Source: Phoronis australis (taxonomy: Eukaryota; Animalia; Phoronida). Taken from it: a stretch of 64,000 nucleotides of DNA. Made by a program: the position numbers and the translations under genes. The stretch spans positions 413,464 to 477,463 of the forward strand of contig NMRA01000085.1 in the NCBI GenBank assembly GCA_002633005.1, given 5' to 3'. The notes beneath the pieces were generated by a model that made no database searches, was not told the DNA's origin, and saw only the letters and a list, made by a program, of their open reading frames with translations. Shown here piece after piece: positions 1 to 14,034 of this stretch (position 1 is the first letter of the stretch; each line of letters opens with the position of its first letter).

Positions 1-692
1 GCTGGGCTGACCTCCGTCTATTAAAAAAAAAACATCGTGGTCTAAATTGGAAATCATGAGCGGAGAAGTATACTACGACAAGCCAGGCCAATAAACAATG
101 GGCAAACTTGGCTGGAAATATCGATTGAGATGTGCACGCCCTTGTCTGTGTCCGGGAGAATGACAAACAGTCTGTACACAGCGGCAGGGAAGGATTGTCT
201 TAAAGGCTTGACCTGCAAGCAGGCACTTAGGACAACCTTGTCTGTGAGGTCAAATGTGAGAAGAATACAGCAGCAGAAGGAGATTTAATGTTCATCTTAA
301 TGTCAAACACAGTGATTGTAAGACTTCAAAACTTGAAATAAATCTAAAAGGGTGACGTGTATCTTTGAATTGAACTCCATACGGTCCATGATCTATAAAG
401 TTTATAATTAGAAGGCAGGGTTAATTTGAAGGTTGGAAAATCTGAAACAAAATGTTTCCACCTCAAAACATTGACCACAATCATGGTTTTCAAAGATCGT
501 TTAATAGAGAACTGGTCTGCTAAAAGTAAGGATACCCAAGGAAAAAACTGGGCAATAAACCCAAACCTAAAACATCCCACAATCCCGTTAAAACAACGCA
601 CAGTACTGACCAGTACCAGCACTGGATCTTGCCATTAAAGCTCAAGAACAATGCAGAGTTGGGATGTTACGCTGCTAGTACTATCAACTCAC

Positions 693-3600
693 GTGGTTAG
701 AAGTTCTACGACAGCATCTCCCAAGAACTCGAGTCTCTCATTGTGGTTAATGTCGGACATTTTCTCCTCTTTGTATCCCATCTGTGACATGATTCTCAGC
801 AAAGCGATAATGCCTGTAAGAAAATGAATAAACAACTAAGATAAAATATTGATTCCCATTTCTGCTAAATGAGAAATTTCAGGCGTTTTAGCAGCACCAC
901 ATAACCGCCCGGGCGTTTATTAGGAAAGGGGGGCATGTAAACGGAAAGTCAGTTTTGCTGACTTTTACATTTTTTAACTTAAAACTGCATTTTTTAATTT
1001 TATGTTAATAAATTCATAGTTAACCAACACCTTGTTCGTTTTTATAAATGATAAATGCTCCACAAAACTGAATTTGTGGCAAAAAGTTGACGTTGAGCGT
1101 ACTTTCAAGAGGAAAATTTCCAAATAAACGCCCCACTGCCTGGACACTTGACACCACAAGTTGTAACACCAAATAAACGCCCATGGGTGTGTATTCGCAG
1201 AATTTTCCTAATAAACACCCATGGACGTTTTATAAGATGAGCTTATCTACAGAAAATCCAGGTATGATTACTATAAATATTTCCTACCACCACCACTACC
1301 ACTACCACTACCACCATCACNNNNNNNNNNNNNNNNNNNNNNNNNNCCACCACCATCACCACCACCACCACCACCACCACCACCACCACCACTGCTCCAA
1401 CTACCAGTAACTGCTACTGCTACAACTATTCTGACTATTACAGCCGCGTTTACTAACAACATAACTCTGTTACGTAGTTATACACTTAGTTATCATTATT
1501 AGTCCTCACCTCGTTTTCTTGAGTTCACAGAGAATATGTATCTCTCACCAAACTCGGGCACTCGTAAACCACAGTTACTGAGGGAGTTACGGTCGTGATC
1601 GGGGTTCATGCCGTAGAAGATGCGCTGAGAAGGGTGTGTGAGAGCCAACTAAAAGCAGATTAAATTCCATATAACTCGTAACATCGAAAAAGTTGCAGCT
1701 ATGATTTTCTTTCCCCTGACACCAAATACCTGAGAGATTTCTTTGAAATTTCATAGGGCTCTCTTGATCAAAATGTAATACCCTACCAAGGTCCTCTCCT
1801 CTCATTTTGTCCCATTTCTAATCTATAACCAGCATCAACTGTATTCACTAAAAGTAGTACACAAAACTGCAGTGCATACCCTCAGGAGGTAGGGGTCCTT
1901 AAACTTGTAACCAAGGTGTTCCTCCAGTATAGACAAACTTGCATGTAGTCTAAGATGGTTGATCAGCAGAGGCAACATCAGAGCATGCTGCAAAGTAAGT
2001 CAGCAACAATTAGTTTATAAACACTTCAATAGGGGTCACTATATTACAGACAGACTGGCATACAGTCTCAATTGGTCGATCAGAAGTGAAAACATTAAGG
2101 CATGGCAGTTTTAATTGATTCAAAGTTGAATTCAGAAACTGTTATTATGTATTTTGCACACTGGTCCTCCTTAACATCTCCAGTCAAATTAGAATTGATT
2201 AATAGAGCTGTTATGAATTACACTGCAACAGAACTCTCCTTTATCCTGGAGATAAGAAAGCGCGTGACCTAGTTTTGGAATTCAGGCGCATTTTCGTGTC
2301 TCTCATTGACGTCAAGAAGACGAAAAATTTCAGATCACGCATCCACAGGTATTTGTCCAGTTTATCAAACTTTCTCACGTCGGAGTTGCAGCCCGCAGCA
2401 CAGCAGTAATACGGCATTGGCATTAGAAGGGCGAATAGAGTAATGCAACCGAGAAAAACTTGTAAAGAATCAGACAACAAATATCGTGAAACTTCAGTGG
2501 CACGAAAACGAGGCAGCAAATGTGCCTGACGGATGTTCAAGGCATTGTGGGTAAATACAGCGATATTCAAATGCCAAGGGGTAATCTGGGACGGCCCTAT
2601 TGCAAGTTATCGCTGGCTATAAACGTCAAATACAATGGTTCACAATAGTAGGTGTTTTGATCTACTGTTGACTTGCAGGGTTGAATTATAGGCATAGTTC
2701 AAATTTGAAAGAAAAAAAAAACATGCTCCAAGTGATCCCCAACAACTGGAAAATGTAAGACCTACAAATAAAACACCAAGACTGGCATCAACAAAGAAGA
2801 CTCAGGTATCAGTGGTGATGTAATACAATCCAGGGCCATGGTTACCTGTGTGATGTCTGTCTTAAGCCCTGTTCTCATCCACCCCTCACAGCTTTGCTCA
2901 ACAGTTACGTCTCGTTTCACAATTCTGGAAATAAACAAAGTCAAAAGTTTTGTCTCATTCAATGGATGTTTGAAAACGGCAAAAAGTAACGAGACAAAGT
3001 GCGGTTCTCCTGTGACATCATGATAGCAAAAATTAATAGGAGTGACGTGCCAATGCGGCAAAATCATTATAGTTACAGAAAAGCTTTTCTACCATTAATA
3101 TAATACCAAAGTTTTGGTAATTTCCTCGTCATTCTGGTGATGACAAACTCCTAATACGACTGAGAATTCCACTCATTGCCATCCTTCATGATCGAAATAA
3201 TGAATCATTTGCTTGTACTCATCGGACAATATACAAACATGTGGCTCCTATAGCTTACATTTGCAACAGCGGCCACGATCGAGTAGATCCAAAATTACAC
3301 AATAGAGAATTTCTTTCAACATTTTCAAAACAACTCTTCTCAAATGACACAAAATTAAAGCACAATTCTGACCAGTTAACCTAGTAAGCATCAAGCTGAA
3401 AAAAAGTAAATTATTCAAGAAGTCTTACGTTTTCATCTTTATCTCATTCATCTTGCTCTCCAAATCACCAAGTTTCTCACGATCGTCTAAGGTCAGCCTC
3501 GGTTTCAGTGCCAGCAGATGACGGAACTTGGCATAGCTCTTGTACGCCTTCATGAAATTGGAGTCGCGTAGGTAGGACATCTGTGATGGCTTCTTACCAA

Positions 3601-6600
3601 AGTGGATAATCCTCGGGTACGTGATCACGTCTTCATTGAGCTGCGAACGATCCAGGTTGTCCGTACGAATAGAGCTGGGACGCTGCAATGCAGAGACATT
3701 TTTATTTCAAAGTGAGTGACACTGAGACAAACTTTGGTGTTAGCCTTTTGTTGCGTACAATGAAACTGTTTAACGTAATAACAGCCACTGTGCAATGTAA
3801 TTTTTACAGATAAACACAGTATTATAAAACAGAAAAATTACCATTTTCTAGTCTATTAACAACAATTACAGGTAATAAACATTACAGTAGGGGTGGTACA
3901 ATTATCATGACTTGATACTTTACAAACTATTCTAATTAATAACCCTTCATTCACCGTCATGAGAGAGGACTGCTCGCATGTTGAATTTGGCTTCTCCCCA
4001 GCCATCACGACAGAGAATTTCGGGGTCATTTTGTTTGCAGCGAACAGTTTTGACGAGTATTGTCAATGCGTACCGTTAAAAGAAACGTTTTCGTTAACGA
4101 ACAAGGCACAGTTGTTGCCAATTGCAACTGCCTATTATAAGGTTGAATTCCACATGAATACATTTCAAGGTTATGTTAGAGTTTGTGTATTTAGCCAAAT
4201 TTCTGTAATAAACTTTTCTGAAAGTAAATGTACTATTAAGTGGTTCATTTTTAGTAAATTAAACAAAAAAAGGACGTTATCAATAACGCTACCCAATTTC
4301 TTTTCATGTCCAAGATGAAATTTCAAAAATTCTAACACAGAATTCTAATAACCATTTTCTTTTTGTTTAATGCAAGCTGTAAATTTTAAAAACTATTCCA
4401 ACAACAGCAACGTAGAAAACAGTGCATAAAGCCCTCGGAACATTTCACTCGAACATGATCAGCCATTATTGAGATACGACATTTTGAAGTTAGGCCAAAT
4501 TTGGATACTTTTCTGCGGCCTGACATAATCTTCAGGAATACAATACCATTCCTGGTTTGTTGATGATGTACCCCCTCACGGTGTCCACAAAGCCCTGCCA
4601 CTCCCTAGTGTCCAGTTTGAGCAAATGAGCTAGCTCCATCTCTGTAATGACCGGCTTGGACATCTTGACCAGGTATGCTAACACTTCATTCATGGAAAGA
4701 ATTTCCTTACCATTCTCTGAGAAGAGAAGAAAAGACAACTAAGTCATGGTGTGTGTGTGTGCTAAAATTTCCTTATTTTTAGATACTGAAGAATCAGTTA
4801 AGGAATTTAAGGCTATGACTAAATCTTTAAATGTTAAAACAGCTGGCTTCACTGGCAAACAATCGAGCACTGCACAAAAGTCTCTGTTACTCCTCTGAGC
4901 TGGGTCTTACTGGTGAGTGAATGAATGTAATGTAAGGGAATGACTGAGAACAATTCGGAATACTCGACTTTGAGAGTGAAGTGTAAAAAAGAAAAAAACA
5001 TGCATTCCGTCATAGAAGTACACGTTTGATTTATACCATTTACCTGACATGATTTTGATCTTAAGTTGTCCGCTACCCAAATGAGAAACCATTTCTGGCT
5101 TTGCGAATAACCGAAAGCTCTCATTATTGCTTGAAGCCATGTCCAATGCATAAACTGACACGTCATGACAGACAGCTACCTTGCAGAACCATGTCTTGAG
5201 TCATAACAAACTGACATTTCATGACAAGACAGCTACCTTGCAGAACTATGTCTCGAGTCACAACAAACTGACACATCATGACAAGACAGCTACCTTGCAG
5301 AACCATGTCTCAAATCGAAACAAACTGACACGTCATGGCAAGACAGCTACCTTGCAGAACCATGTCTCAAATCGAAACAAACTGACACGTCATGGCAAGA
5401 CAGCTATCTTACAGAACCGTGTCTCGAGTCAAAACAAACTGACACGTCCTGACAAGAAAACTACCTTGCATAACCGTGTCTTGAGTCATAACAGACTTGT
5501 CAGTTTTTTCAAAGCGCTCAAGTCTCCTCTAATTTTATAACAAATTGAAACCACTTTCAAAGTCATCTAAATCAAAAGTTGTTTTTATGATGGAAGGGAG
5601 GTTTATGGTCACTATAAAATGGTCAAAATGAAACGAACATTGGTGCAAAAATGAAAGCGATTTTCCATGAGGAAGAAAGTATCAAGAATCACTTCAAAGA
5701 CGTTTTTCAGGGTCCCGCACCAATCCTTTGACATGGAAATGTAACAAGATTACAGCAAAACATACAAAATTATTGAAAATTTAGAATGCATGCTCATCTT
5801 TATTCAACTGGGCATATTATACTAAATAACTCATGTATTTTCAACCATTTCAATCAATTTCAATAAAAACCAAATTAACAAAAATAACAACACAGGAAGT
5901 GTAACATAGTTGGTCCGAGTCAGCCGTGTTCTTTAACTTACTCTTTCGTTGTATAACATTGCTCAGCAGCCGAGAAACCTGTTGACTTTCACTCATTGCT
6001 CAGTGGCTGAGAAATATGTTGACTTTCACTCATTGCTCAGTGGCCGAGAAACCTGTTGACTTTCACTCATTGCTCAGTGGCCGAGAAACCTGTTGACTTT
6101 CACTCCCAGCCCCATAACATAACCATTGCCAGAGTTTACTTGAGCAATGACAACAGAAACAGGAAACAAAGCTAACTTCAGCCCCAGTGATTCAGTTGAT
6201 CATTCACAGAGAGCTTGCATTGTGCAACATATCCACAGCATCACGCCTACTTCCAATTGTTTTTATTTTAATTTTGTTTACAAAAGTCAACAAGAAAAGG
6301 CTCAAAATATCTTTCAGGGTAAGTGAAAGATGCCAAATTTACTCTTTCAAGAAAAATAACTTAGTTTCCTATTTAAACAATGTGCAGTAACACAGACATA
6401 GCATGGTGGTGACTCACCAGGTAATTTACGTGCGAACCTCGGCATGATATGGAACCTACGACACCCTTCACCACAGCCGTCGCCCTTCCAGTCCTCATCT
6501 ACGAGTTCAAGAATTTCACGGTACAAGAAGTCATGTATCAAGTCCAGGCTGCGTATGGAGAAGTTCTAAGAAGAACAAAACAAATAAGAACAATTAAAAT

Positions 6601-9600
6601 TCAATCAATCTTTCCCGAAGGTTATGTAGTATCCTATAAAAGTGTCTGCGCTTGGCTAACTTCAGAACATCATATCTCAAGGACAGTGGATTGGAATCAT
6701 ATGAAACCTTCAGACACTGTGCTTTATGCGCTACCGAAACGCTGTTAAGAATTGTTTGTACAATGTACCATTTTTGTACGAGGGACAATCAAAAAATAGG
6801 ACTTTGGTGATTTTTGTGAAAATAATTAAATCTGCATTAAACTAAAATCTGACATAATTGATTTTAGAAAACTGTAAACAGCGATTTTGAAATCTCAGTC
6901 TGAACATTTATCAAAATAAAATTTGATCATGTCATTGATGCTGTTGTTTTGCTGATGTACCTTAAATTCTTATTTCATTGCTAAATTTTACTAACATGTC
7001 ATGGTCACGTGATCCAATTAAAACAGGTTAGTAAAAAGTAAGAAAACAAATTCTACAGACTTTCTACTTTCAGAAAATATATAAGTTAAAACCTATATTT
7101 TAATTTGTAAATATTTCATTAAATACACAGCCTCCTCAATAAGGTCCAACATAACCTACGCGTGTAAAGATAGCCTTCGTATGAGCCACTATGCACAATT
7201 AAACACTCTTTCCCACTGCTAATAAAATTTCACAAAAATTCTAATTGAATTTATCTATTACAGTACAAGCCAAACGCACTGTGATAAAATGACCCACAAT
7301 TCCCTGGAAACTGAATTCACAGCTAGAATAGCTTTCCCTCATGAACAAGAGTGAAGACAAACTAACAGAAAAGGTGGACAAGCCAGTATTTAATTAGATT
7401 TTTGCCGATATAATAAACAGTATCAGTTAATTTTGCTGTAACATAATTAATCGTCGCTGTACTGTACTTTTAAAATTTCTTAATAAAATATGGAACAATA
7501 TTGACACAAAGATTTGACATGGCCAAAACAAAACCCTTGATATTCAACTATGAAAACTAAGCTTTGTCACGTGATCAAAAATGCCAACAAAAAAGCACAC
7601 AACTGATTCAAATGAAAGAAAATAGACACCTGCAATGCACTTGCAGCACGACAGTTTCGTTGATGAAACGGAAGCAGTCTATTCTATCCCAAAGTCAGTG
7701 ATCAATCACTTCAGAATCAGAAGCCGCCATTATGCTAGCAAGCTGGCAAGCAACCTCGCGAAATGATCACCTTTCACTCGCATGATTTCAAGTGATCTTG
7801 CTTTTAGCGAGCCTCTCGCATCGACGGAATGCAAGGCAGCCATGTCTGGGTCTGAACACTAATTGAAACATGATCAAAGTTTACAATTCTCACCTCCGGT
7901 GGGCTTTCCTTAACAACCGTCACCTTGTAGTCCATGTTAAATCGGATAAACTTACAGGCGGGGAACTGGAAAATACAAATGTGCTGTTAGATAAAGATTT
8001 TTATACACGTTTTAACACAACAATTACAGCGTACACCAAAAATAACAGCAACATGTTTTCCCTAATGGCAGGTAACGACCCTCATGAATTGCCATTCCAG
8101 CTACTATGATAGTGAATTCAACTCACACTCAGTGATCATGACACAGAATGTTGCTGAGGCTTAATTGTCATGACTGGGAACTCTGGGTAATTTTGTAGGA
8201 TCATTTGTGGCATGTTTAATATTCAGAGTGAAGGAAGTATTGCGCATAAAGACACCCAGACTCACACTATTGTTAACACAAACACAAGACCCATATGAAA
8301 AAACAACGAAGTTCCCTTGAAAGGGAAGAACACACAATGCTTGCATCTGCTTCACAGACACAGTTAAAGGCTATCGCGCATTTCCTAAATCTAATTATGA
8401 ACAATGATTCAATGGGCTAAAGAGGGCTTAAGTCAATTATTCACCAAATGTTACAGCAGAATAATAACTGGCATGGCGCATACAAACTGCCCGCATCTGA
8501 TTCACAGAAACAATTCATCTTAGAGGCTTGATCTTGTTATGAACAACTAATTAATGCGATGACGAGGTCTCACTCAAGTCATCTGTTCACCATATCATGC
8601 AACTGTCACTGCCCAGTTAGACAATTCCAACAGCTTTTAAATTAATTCCTAGCTATCTCTGACTACACCTTCTGAAGGATGCAGACCACAGGTATCAGAG
8701 GTGAAACAATTCAAACAAACAATACATGCTTGCCCTACACCAGCTATTCAGAGTCTTCTACACAATGCCTATTTCAACAGCTGATAAAGAAACACTCACG
8801 CTATCTAGTGGCACGTGGGAGAACAGTGAGAATCCTTCGAATGTGTACTGGTGCTCGTCGTAAGTGATGATAGTTGGACTCTTGAGCTGGTAATTGACCA
8901 TGGGCGAGACCACTACACGGTAGTGATGCAGGGCTGTCAACTGGTTACTGGCAGGATCACACCGTGGTACAGGCTGCAAAACATTACAAACATGCTGGAA
9001 GGGCTTTGTACACTTGATTCGCTTTCATATTTTTGTGGTTGAAATATTAACGTTAGCCAGCTACTTGATAGCATGATGATTCATTAAAAGATGCCCAAAC
9101 TGCTTTAGACTACCTTTGAAACAAACATCAACTACGCCTAGATCACCCTCAAAAGTTTGCAGCAAGTTTGGAAATTCCTTCCAAAGTCTGTTCAATCGGA
9201 AGACGTGAATAAAACTTTGGGCAGGTTCAGTGGGAGCTTAACCTCTGTAGATTATGTAATACGTTATCGACAAGCAGATGAATTTAGCCAAATACCTATA
9301 AAAGCACTGATTTTAACTCCGTGAAAGTATAATAATTCTGAAAGTAGAAGCCCTATAAAGTTGGACTTTGATTTTCTACCAATCTGCCACTAACTGGGAC
9401 ACGTGATCATGTCCTTTAAAAAGACTTTAGAAATAAAAAGATTGCAAAACAACGATGTCAAAAACAGGATCAAAATTCATCTGATTAATTGTGGAGGACA
9501 CAATCTCGAAAAAATGCTGTTGTTATTATCATTTTGTTTTCATTTTACCCAAGTTTTGAGTTTTTCCATAGAAATCATTCAAGTCCTATTTTTGATAGCC

Positions 9601-12600
9601 CCTGACACAAAAGTGGAAAAATTTAAAAATAATTCCTGGAGATCACTAAATAAAGCACCGCATCTGAAATATGATGTTTCAAAATTAGGCAAATTTGGAC
9701 ATTTTTCTCTCATCCTACATAACCATAAAGTAACTATTCAAGAAAAAGACCCCATACCTTCTCGCCTGGGTAGATGCCGTGTCGTATACCAAACTTCTTG
9801 GCTTTTATACTGCATTTGCACAGTGGCCCATCGTTCATCTCACCAGCCAGGTTAAACCACAAGTCCGGGTGAACTCGCTCAGGGTGATTCCTACGCCATT
9901 CCATCTCCTCGGAGACACCAGGATCATCGTCAGAGTCAGACGCGTCTACAATTCACAACAGAAGGATAGTATGTAAGGTAAGCTATACAAGTCTACAACA
10001 AATGTGCACAAATAGAACACGTCAACATGCAATATTCCTCGAACACACCATCACAATTGGCCGACAAAAATCACTTCAGACAATTACAATAGAAATACAA
10101 AACTGCAGAAGTAAAATTTCACCAATTTAAGACATAACATTTCTTTTTCTCATCATTTCATCAAGACATGCAGCACCAAATTCATGCTTTAGGGTGCACT
10201 ACCAACAGTCAAATAATATTTAGAAATATCGTCAATATTTACAACAACAATTACATTCCTCCAAAATTGGCAAAATTTTACCACACATGCTGCTCACTCA
10301 CAAAAACACACACCACACTGTCTCATACAGGCCTCACCTGAGCTGCTGCAGTCATCAGTGTGACTGTGATGCTGACAGACGTGGAAGTGCACCTTCCTGG
10401 GCATAGGCTCTACCTTTGGCTTGCTGGCGCGCACCTGTTCCGCACGTTTTAGCACCCGCTCCTCAAACTTACGCTCCAGTTCCTGCATTCTCTTTGTGGC
10501 CACGGTACAGCCAGTCTGGAGTAGGAAAGTCTGTTTGTGAAATTTACTACACTGACATACAACAGCGCCATCATGTGGATGATGCCATCCACAATGTCAT
10601 AAACACATTAACAGCATGGAAGCTCTTGACGATGACGCTTAGTGGAATTGAATGAAAAGAAGAATAATACACAAACTGTTTCAAGAGCCCGACACAAACG
10701 CCTCAAAAGGAACAGTATTAAGAGTTTTGCGGTAGAAGTGAACGAAAATTGAGTAAATGTGTAACCAATGACGGCATGTTTCAGAAGGAACAATTACGAT
10801 TGCCAAGCTAGAGTTGAAGTACAGGCAGCAACTAACAACTAATACATGGAATTTTTGTTCATACAATTACAAACTACCAAAACAAGATGGGCATTACAAT
10901 ATCAAAACCCCAGCTTGATATGGACGAGTAAATATGACCTCTACAGTAAGGAAGTTTGACTCTTCAATTACAAAATTTTATTTCATCAATCGAAAATGAG
11001 ATGGCATCCAGTCGGAAAAACATCTTCAACGCAGGCTTTTAAATGTTCTCTTAAATTTAGTAAAATCTACCAGAGCTTTTCATCAATTTGACTTCAGCAA
11101 TGATATGGTGTTTGCACAAGAATACAAAAACATGCTTCCAAATGTGGTGGAGATTAGCTACTTGTCTTGTATTTCCCATCCAAGAGACGGCCTCAGTGGG
11201 GACCAAGGCAGACTACTGCTTGCTTGATCGAAGCCTGACATGAGTTTAGATGACCGTTAGCTGACCAGTTGTCAAACAGTCGGACAAAAAAATTTTAATT
11301 CATGCTGTTTTATTATAATTATTATTTTTATTTTATCATTAACATTGCGTTCATCACCTGATTTAATAACACAAACAAGCAAATTCCACCTGTGGATCCT
11401 TAGTGAAGTACAGGTCTGCCGGAGAGCAGCGTACCCAGGCGTCAGTCTCGGCATCTTCTCCCTCACTCTCGCTAGACTCGACTAGCCCAGCGCCCTCTAG
11501 GTATCGATCAACCGCTCGGCTTCCTTTTTCCTCCCACGTGAGTGCTTCGGCAGGCGAAGCCCGGCCTCTCGCTCCTGGACACGCCCTCTTCCTGATGAAC
11601 ACAAAACGAAGCAAAACTTCATGTGAGACCTTCGCTGGTGACAACGCATGGTGAACTTGGCTATCGGCAAGCACAAAGAAACTAAATTTGCCACTAGGAG
11701 ATGCTACAATATATATGTCCCAAATCATTAATATGCTCTCTTCAATATGAATACATCTGCCATCATCTTTCTTGGTGATTCGTCGAGCGGTTTGGCGAAT
11801 TAGGAACTGAATGCTAAAAAGACTTGACAATAATTAAAAAATGGCTGATAATGGTATAGAAATGGTCAAATCCATCTAAAAATGGGAAGATGTTGTCACT
11901 TGCATCAGAGAAAGCTATTTTAGGGAAATTTTCTGAAGATCTATCAAGGAACTTGGTACAAATCGATACATACGCAAAGAAAACCTAATTTGTCACTAGG
12001 TAGTAGGCCGACTTGCACCAAAATCTATAACACTTGCGCTCTTCTGAATAGAAATACATGAACCGAATTTCATGAACCTGCATCAAGGAAGTTGATGAAT
12101 ATTGAGGCAAGAACAAAAAATAGAACTTGGAGCAAGTTTTCCGACCTGTTGGAAAATAACTATCAACTGCGTCAACACAAATACAACTGCCAACAAATTT
12201 CGAAATGATCCAATGAATAGAGAGACAGTCACCAAAAACAGACACGGAAAACGTAAAAATGGCTACTAGGAGGCAAATCTAGTTGAAAATGGGGAGGTGT
12301 CATTGCCATCGCTATGGTAATATATCTGTCAAAGACTTGGGTAGACAAGTAAAATTGCCACTAGGTGGAGCTGTTCAAAAGTTACTGCCACCTGTCATTA
12401 GCTTCATGGAAATTTTCATGAAAATTGTGCAAGCAGCTTGGGAGACAGATCAGCCGATACCGGACGCAGGACACCAGGATAGAGAGAGATGATGACATCA
12501 TGTTCCTACACATGTTATGTGAACCATTATAAAAGAATAATTGTGAAGGTTAATCTTTTCGAATTTCGTTTTGCAAACAGAAAGAGAATCCCCTCAAGGG

Positions 12601-13613
12601 ACTCTCTATATTGAGATATTTAACTGTGATTTTATACGTCACGTTTTCAAATGACCACATTGGAAATATTAATAGGGGTTTACTTTGCTCTTCACCACTA
12701 AAAACTTAATAGGAGTCCCTAAAGTGAGATAGTGGTCCTCCATTGACATTATCCTCAATGACTGAGATTTGAACTATAAATCATAGATATTCTCCATTAT
12801 TCAGTCAATACCTGTGCGGCACATCTCTATTGCGTGACCTCTCATCTCTATGAGATCGCTTCTCAGGACTACGCCTATTCAAATCTGCCTCTTTCTCACG
12901 TCTTTTACCATGGCTTTCTTGCCTGCCCGACTCCCGTCTGCTGTCTCTTTCCCTTCGCTTATAGCACTCTTTTGAATCTTGAGCTGGTGACCTTCGGTTT
13001 CTGTGATGCTGCCTTGAATGACTAGAACTCCTACTGACACCTGGTGATTGTCTCTGAAAGCTCTGCTGATTTCTATACTGATCTACCTGCTGACCTGCAC
13101 AAACAGGGCTCCAGCTCCTTGGCATGTTAATCATTTGCTGATGCAAAAACTGGTTGCTTGGAAACCGGTTGTTAGGAAACTGGTTGCTAGGGAACTGGTT
13201 GCCAGGAAATTGGTTACCATGGAAATTGTTACCTCCATACTGACCTATGCCTCTTCCATCTTGTTGACAGCCAAATCTCAGACCACCTGCCAAAATTTCA
13301 AAGCATGATGTTAGTTAGGAATTGACAATTCTTATGCATTATTTATCTCAAATGTTAAAAAAGTTTGACATAAAAATGCCACTAGGAGGCTCTCACCTTG
13401 ATTCACATTCCCCATCATGGCTGCCCTATTTTGCAAAACCATCCTTTGAATGTCTTGACTGCTTGAACCCATCATGTTCTGAGGTGGATGAAACATAGGT
13501 CTACTGCCACTCTGCATAGCATTATTGAAGGGAAGACCAGCAGGGCCACCTGGTGGGAGACCTCCGTACTGGCTAAACTGTTGATTCACGGGATGGCGAT
13601 CTCTGTTATTCAT
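693..13613 (-). CDS. DROSHA: Drosha (class 2 ribonuclease III, Microprocessor catalytic subunit), 3'-partial; the gene continues beyond the left edge of the window
   Basis: Manually spliced, phase-consistent GT-AG exons: 13397-13613, 12812-13286, 11390-11660, 10338-10515, 9758-9945, 8800-8973, 7894-7965, 6418-6565, 4547-4716, 3429-3682, 2846-2924, 1880-1987, 1510-1648, 693-813 (~864 codons). The translation has Drosha hallmarks WVRCSPADLYF, WFNLAGEMNDGPLCKCS..RHGIYPGE, YDEHQYTFEGFSLFSH, RFHIMPRF, PSSIRTDNLDR, LALTHPS..GMNPDH.RNSLSNCG and the RNase III signature HNERLEFLGDAVVE. The start ATG (13613) and the exon-3 acceptor (11660 versus in-frame 11693) are the least certain points. Confidence 0.96.
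900..1264. mobile_element. Decayed MITE remnant with repeated AATAAACGCCC/GGGCGTTTATT motifs
   Basis: GCCCGGGCGTTTATTAGGAAA (~907), AATAAACGCCC (~1123 and ~1172), CCTAATAAACACCCATGG (~1207). This subterminal pattern is typical of Tc1/mariner-pogo-type MITEs. Confidence 0.45.
1286..1445. repeat. (CAC/TAC)n microsatellite with an assembly gap
   Basis: CAC/TAC triplets flanking an N run at 1321-1346. Confidence 0.9.
2270..2600 (-). mobile_element. THAP zinc-finger coding remnant (DNA transposon fragment) in a Drosha intron
   Basis: Minus-strand translation MPYYCCAAGCNS...KFFVFL...D.K.R resembles the THAP N-terminus (M..C.a.gC.n...F..FP...R..W), but the conserved Pro and Trp are lost. The segment is CpG-richer than the surrounding intron and has a possible terminus TAGGGCCGTCC near 2600. 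Confidence 0.55.
5152..5495. repeat. 57-bp minisatellite, ~6 copies, in a Drosha intron
   Basis: Unit AAACTGACACGTCATGACAAGACAGCTACCTTGCAGAACCATGTCTCGAGTCACAAC; explains the 19-aa periodic ORF 5181..5540. Confidence 0.92.
5957..6105. repeat. 37-bp minisatellite, 4 copies
   Basis: Unit CATTGCTCAGTGGCCGAGAAACCTGTTGACTTTCACT. Confidence 0.92.
11685..12535 (+). mobile_element. Interspersed repeat with internal degenerate subrepeats carrying CTCF-like motifs (possibly Helentron/HINE-like)
   Basis: AAATTTGCCACTAGG-like motif recurs at ~11684, 11987, 12258, 12351; the element ends in a short ACAT..ATGT palindrome plus A-run. Related sequence occurs inverted at ~24700-25120. Confidence 0.45.
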
Positions 13614-14034
13614 ATTGTCAGAAACATGCAAGGTTTGTTGACCTTTGCTTGATAGGTGCTGCCTGAAAAATTAATGTATGAATATGTACAAAGCTTCATT
13701 TGGATACTTCAACTCATGATGAAATTTCATTCATTTAACAAAGTTTTCAAAAAAATGAGGCAACATGTAGACGAAAGGTGAGGCGGTAAAGCACAGAAGC
13801 ACTGCAAATTTCAAAACAGCTAAAATTGCAAACTTTAAAGCTTATCACTAGGGAACCTGCAAGCAGACATTTTATCTAATTTCAATATCAGCTGTTGTAA
13901 AAGATATGCATGCACCTGCAAGAATGTAATGTAACAATATAAAATTTTGTTTAAACTGCTGCAGAATAAAGGTTCATTTCATGCCTTGTTTTATGAGTAC
14001 AGACATGTTACAGAGTCTACAGGTCCAGCAACTG

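Noticed and set aside
5152-6105. Regular repeats resembling a CRISPR array, and the periodic ORF 5181..5540
   Set aside because: Head-to-tail minisatellites without unique spacers, inside a eukaryotic intron, with no cas genes.
7630-7860. CpG-richer intronic patch with ATGAT/CTGA motifs, considered as a C/D snoRNA or extra Drosha exon
   Set aside because: No convincing box C/D pair with terminal stem on the host strand, and the Drosha exon chain is complete without it.
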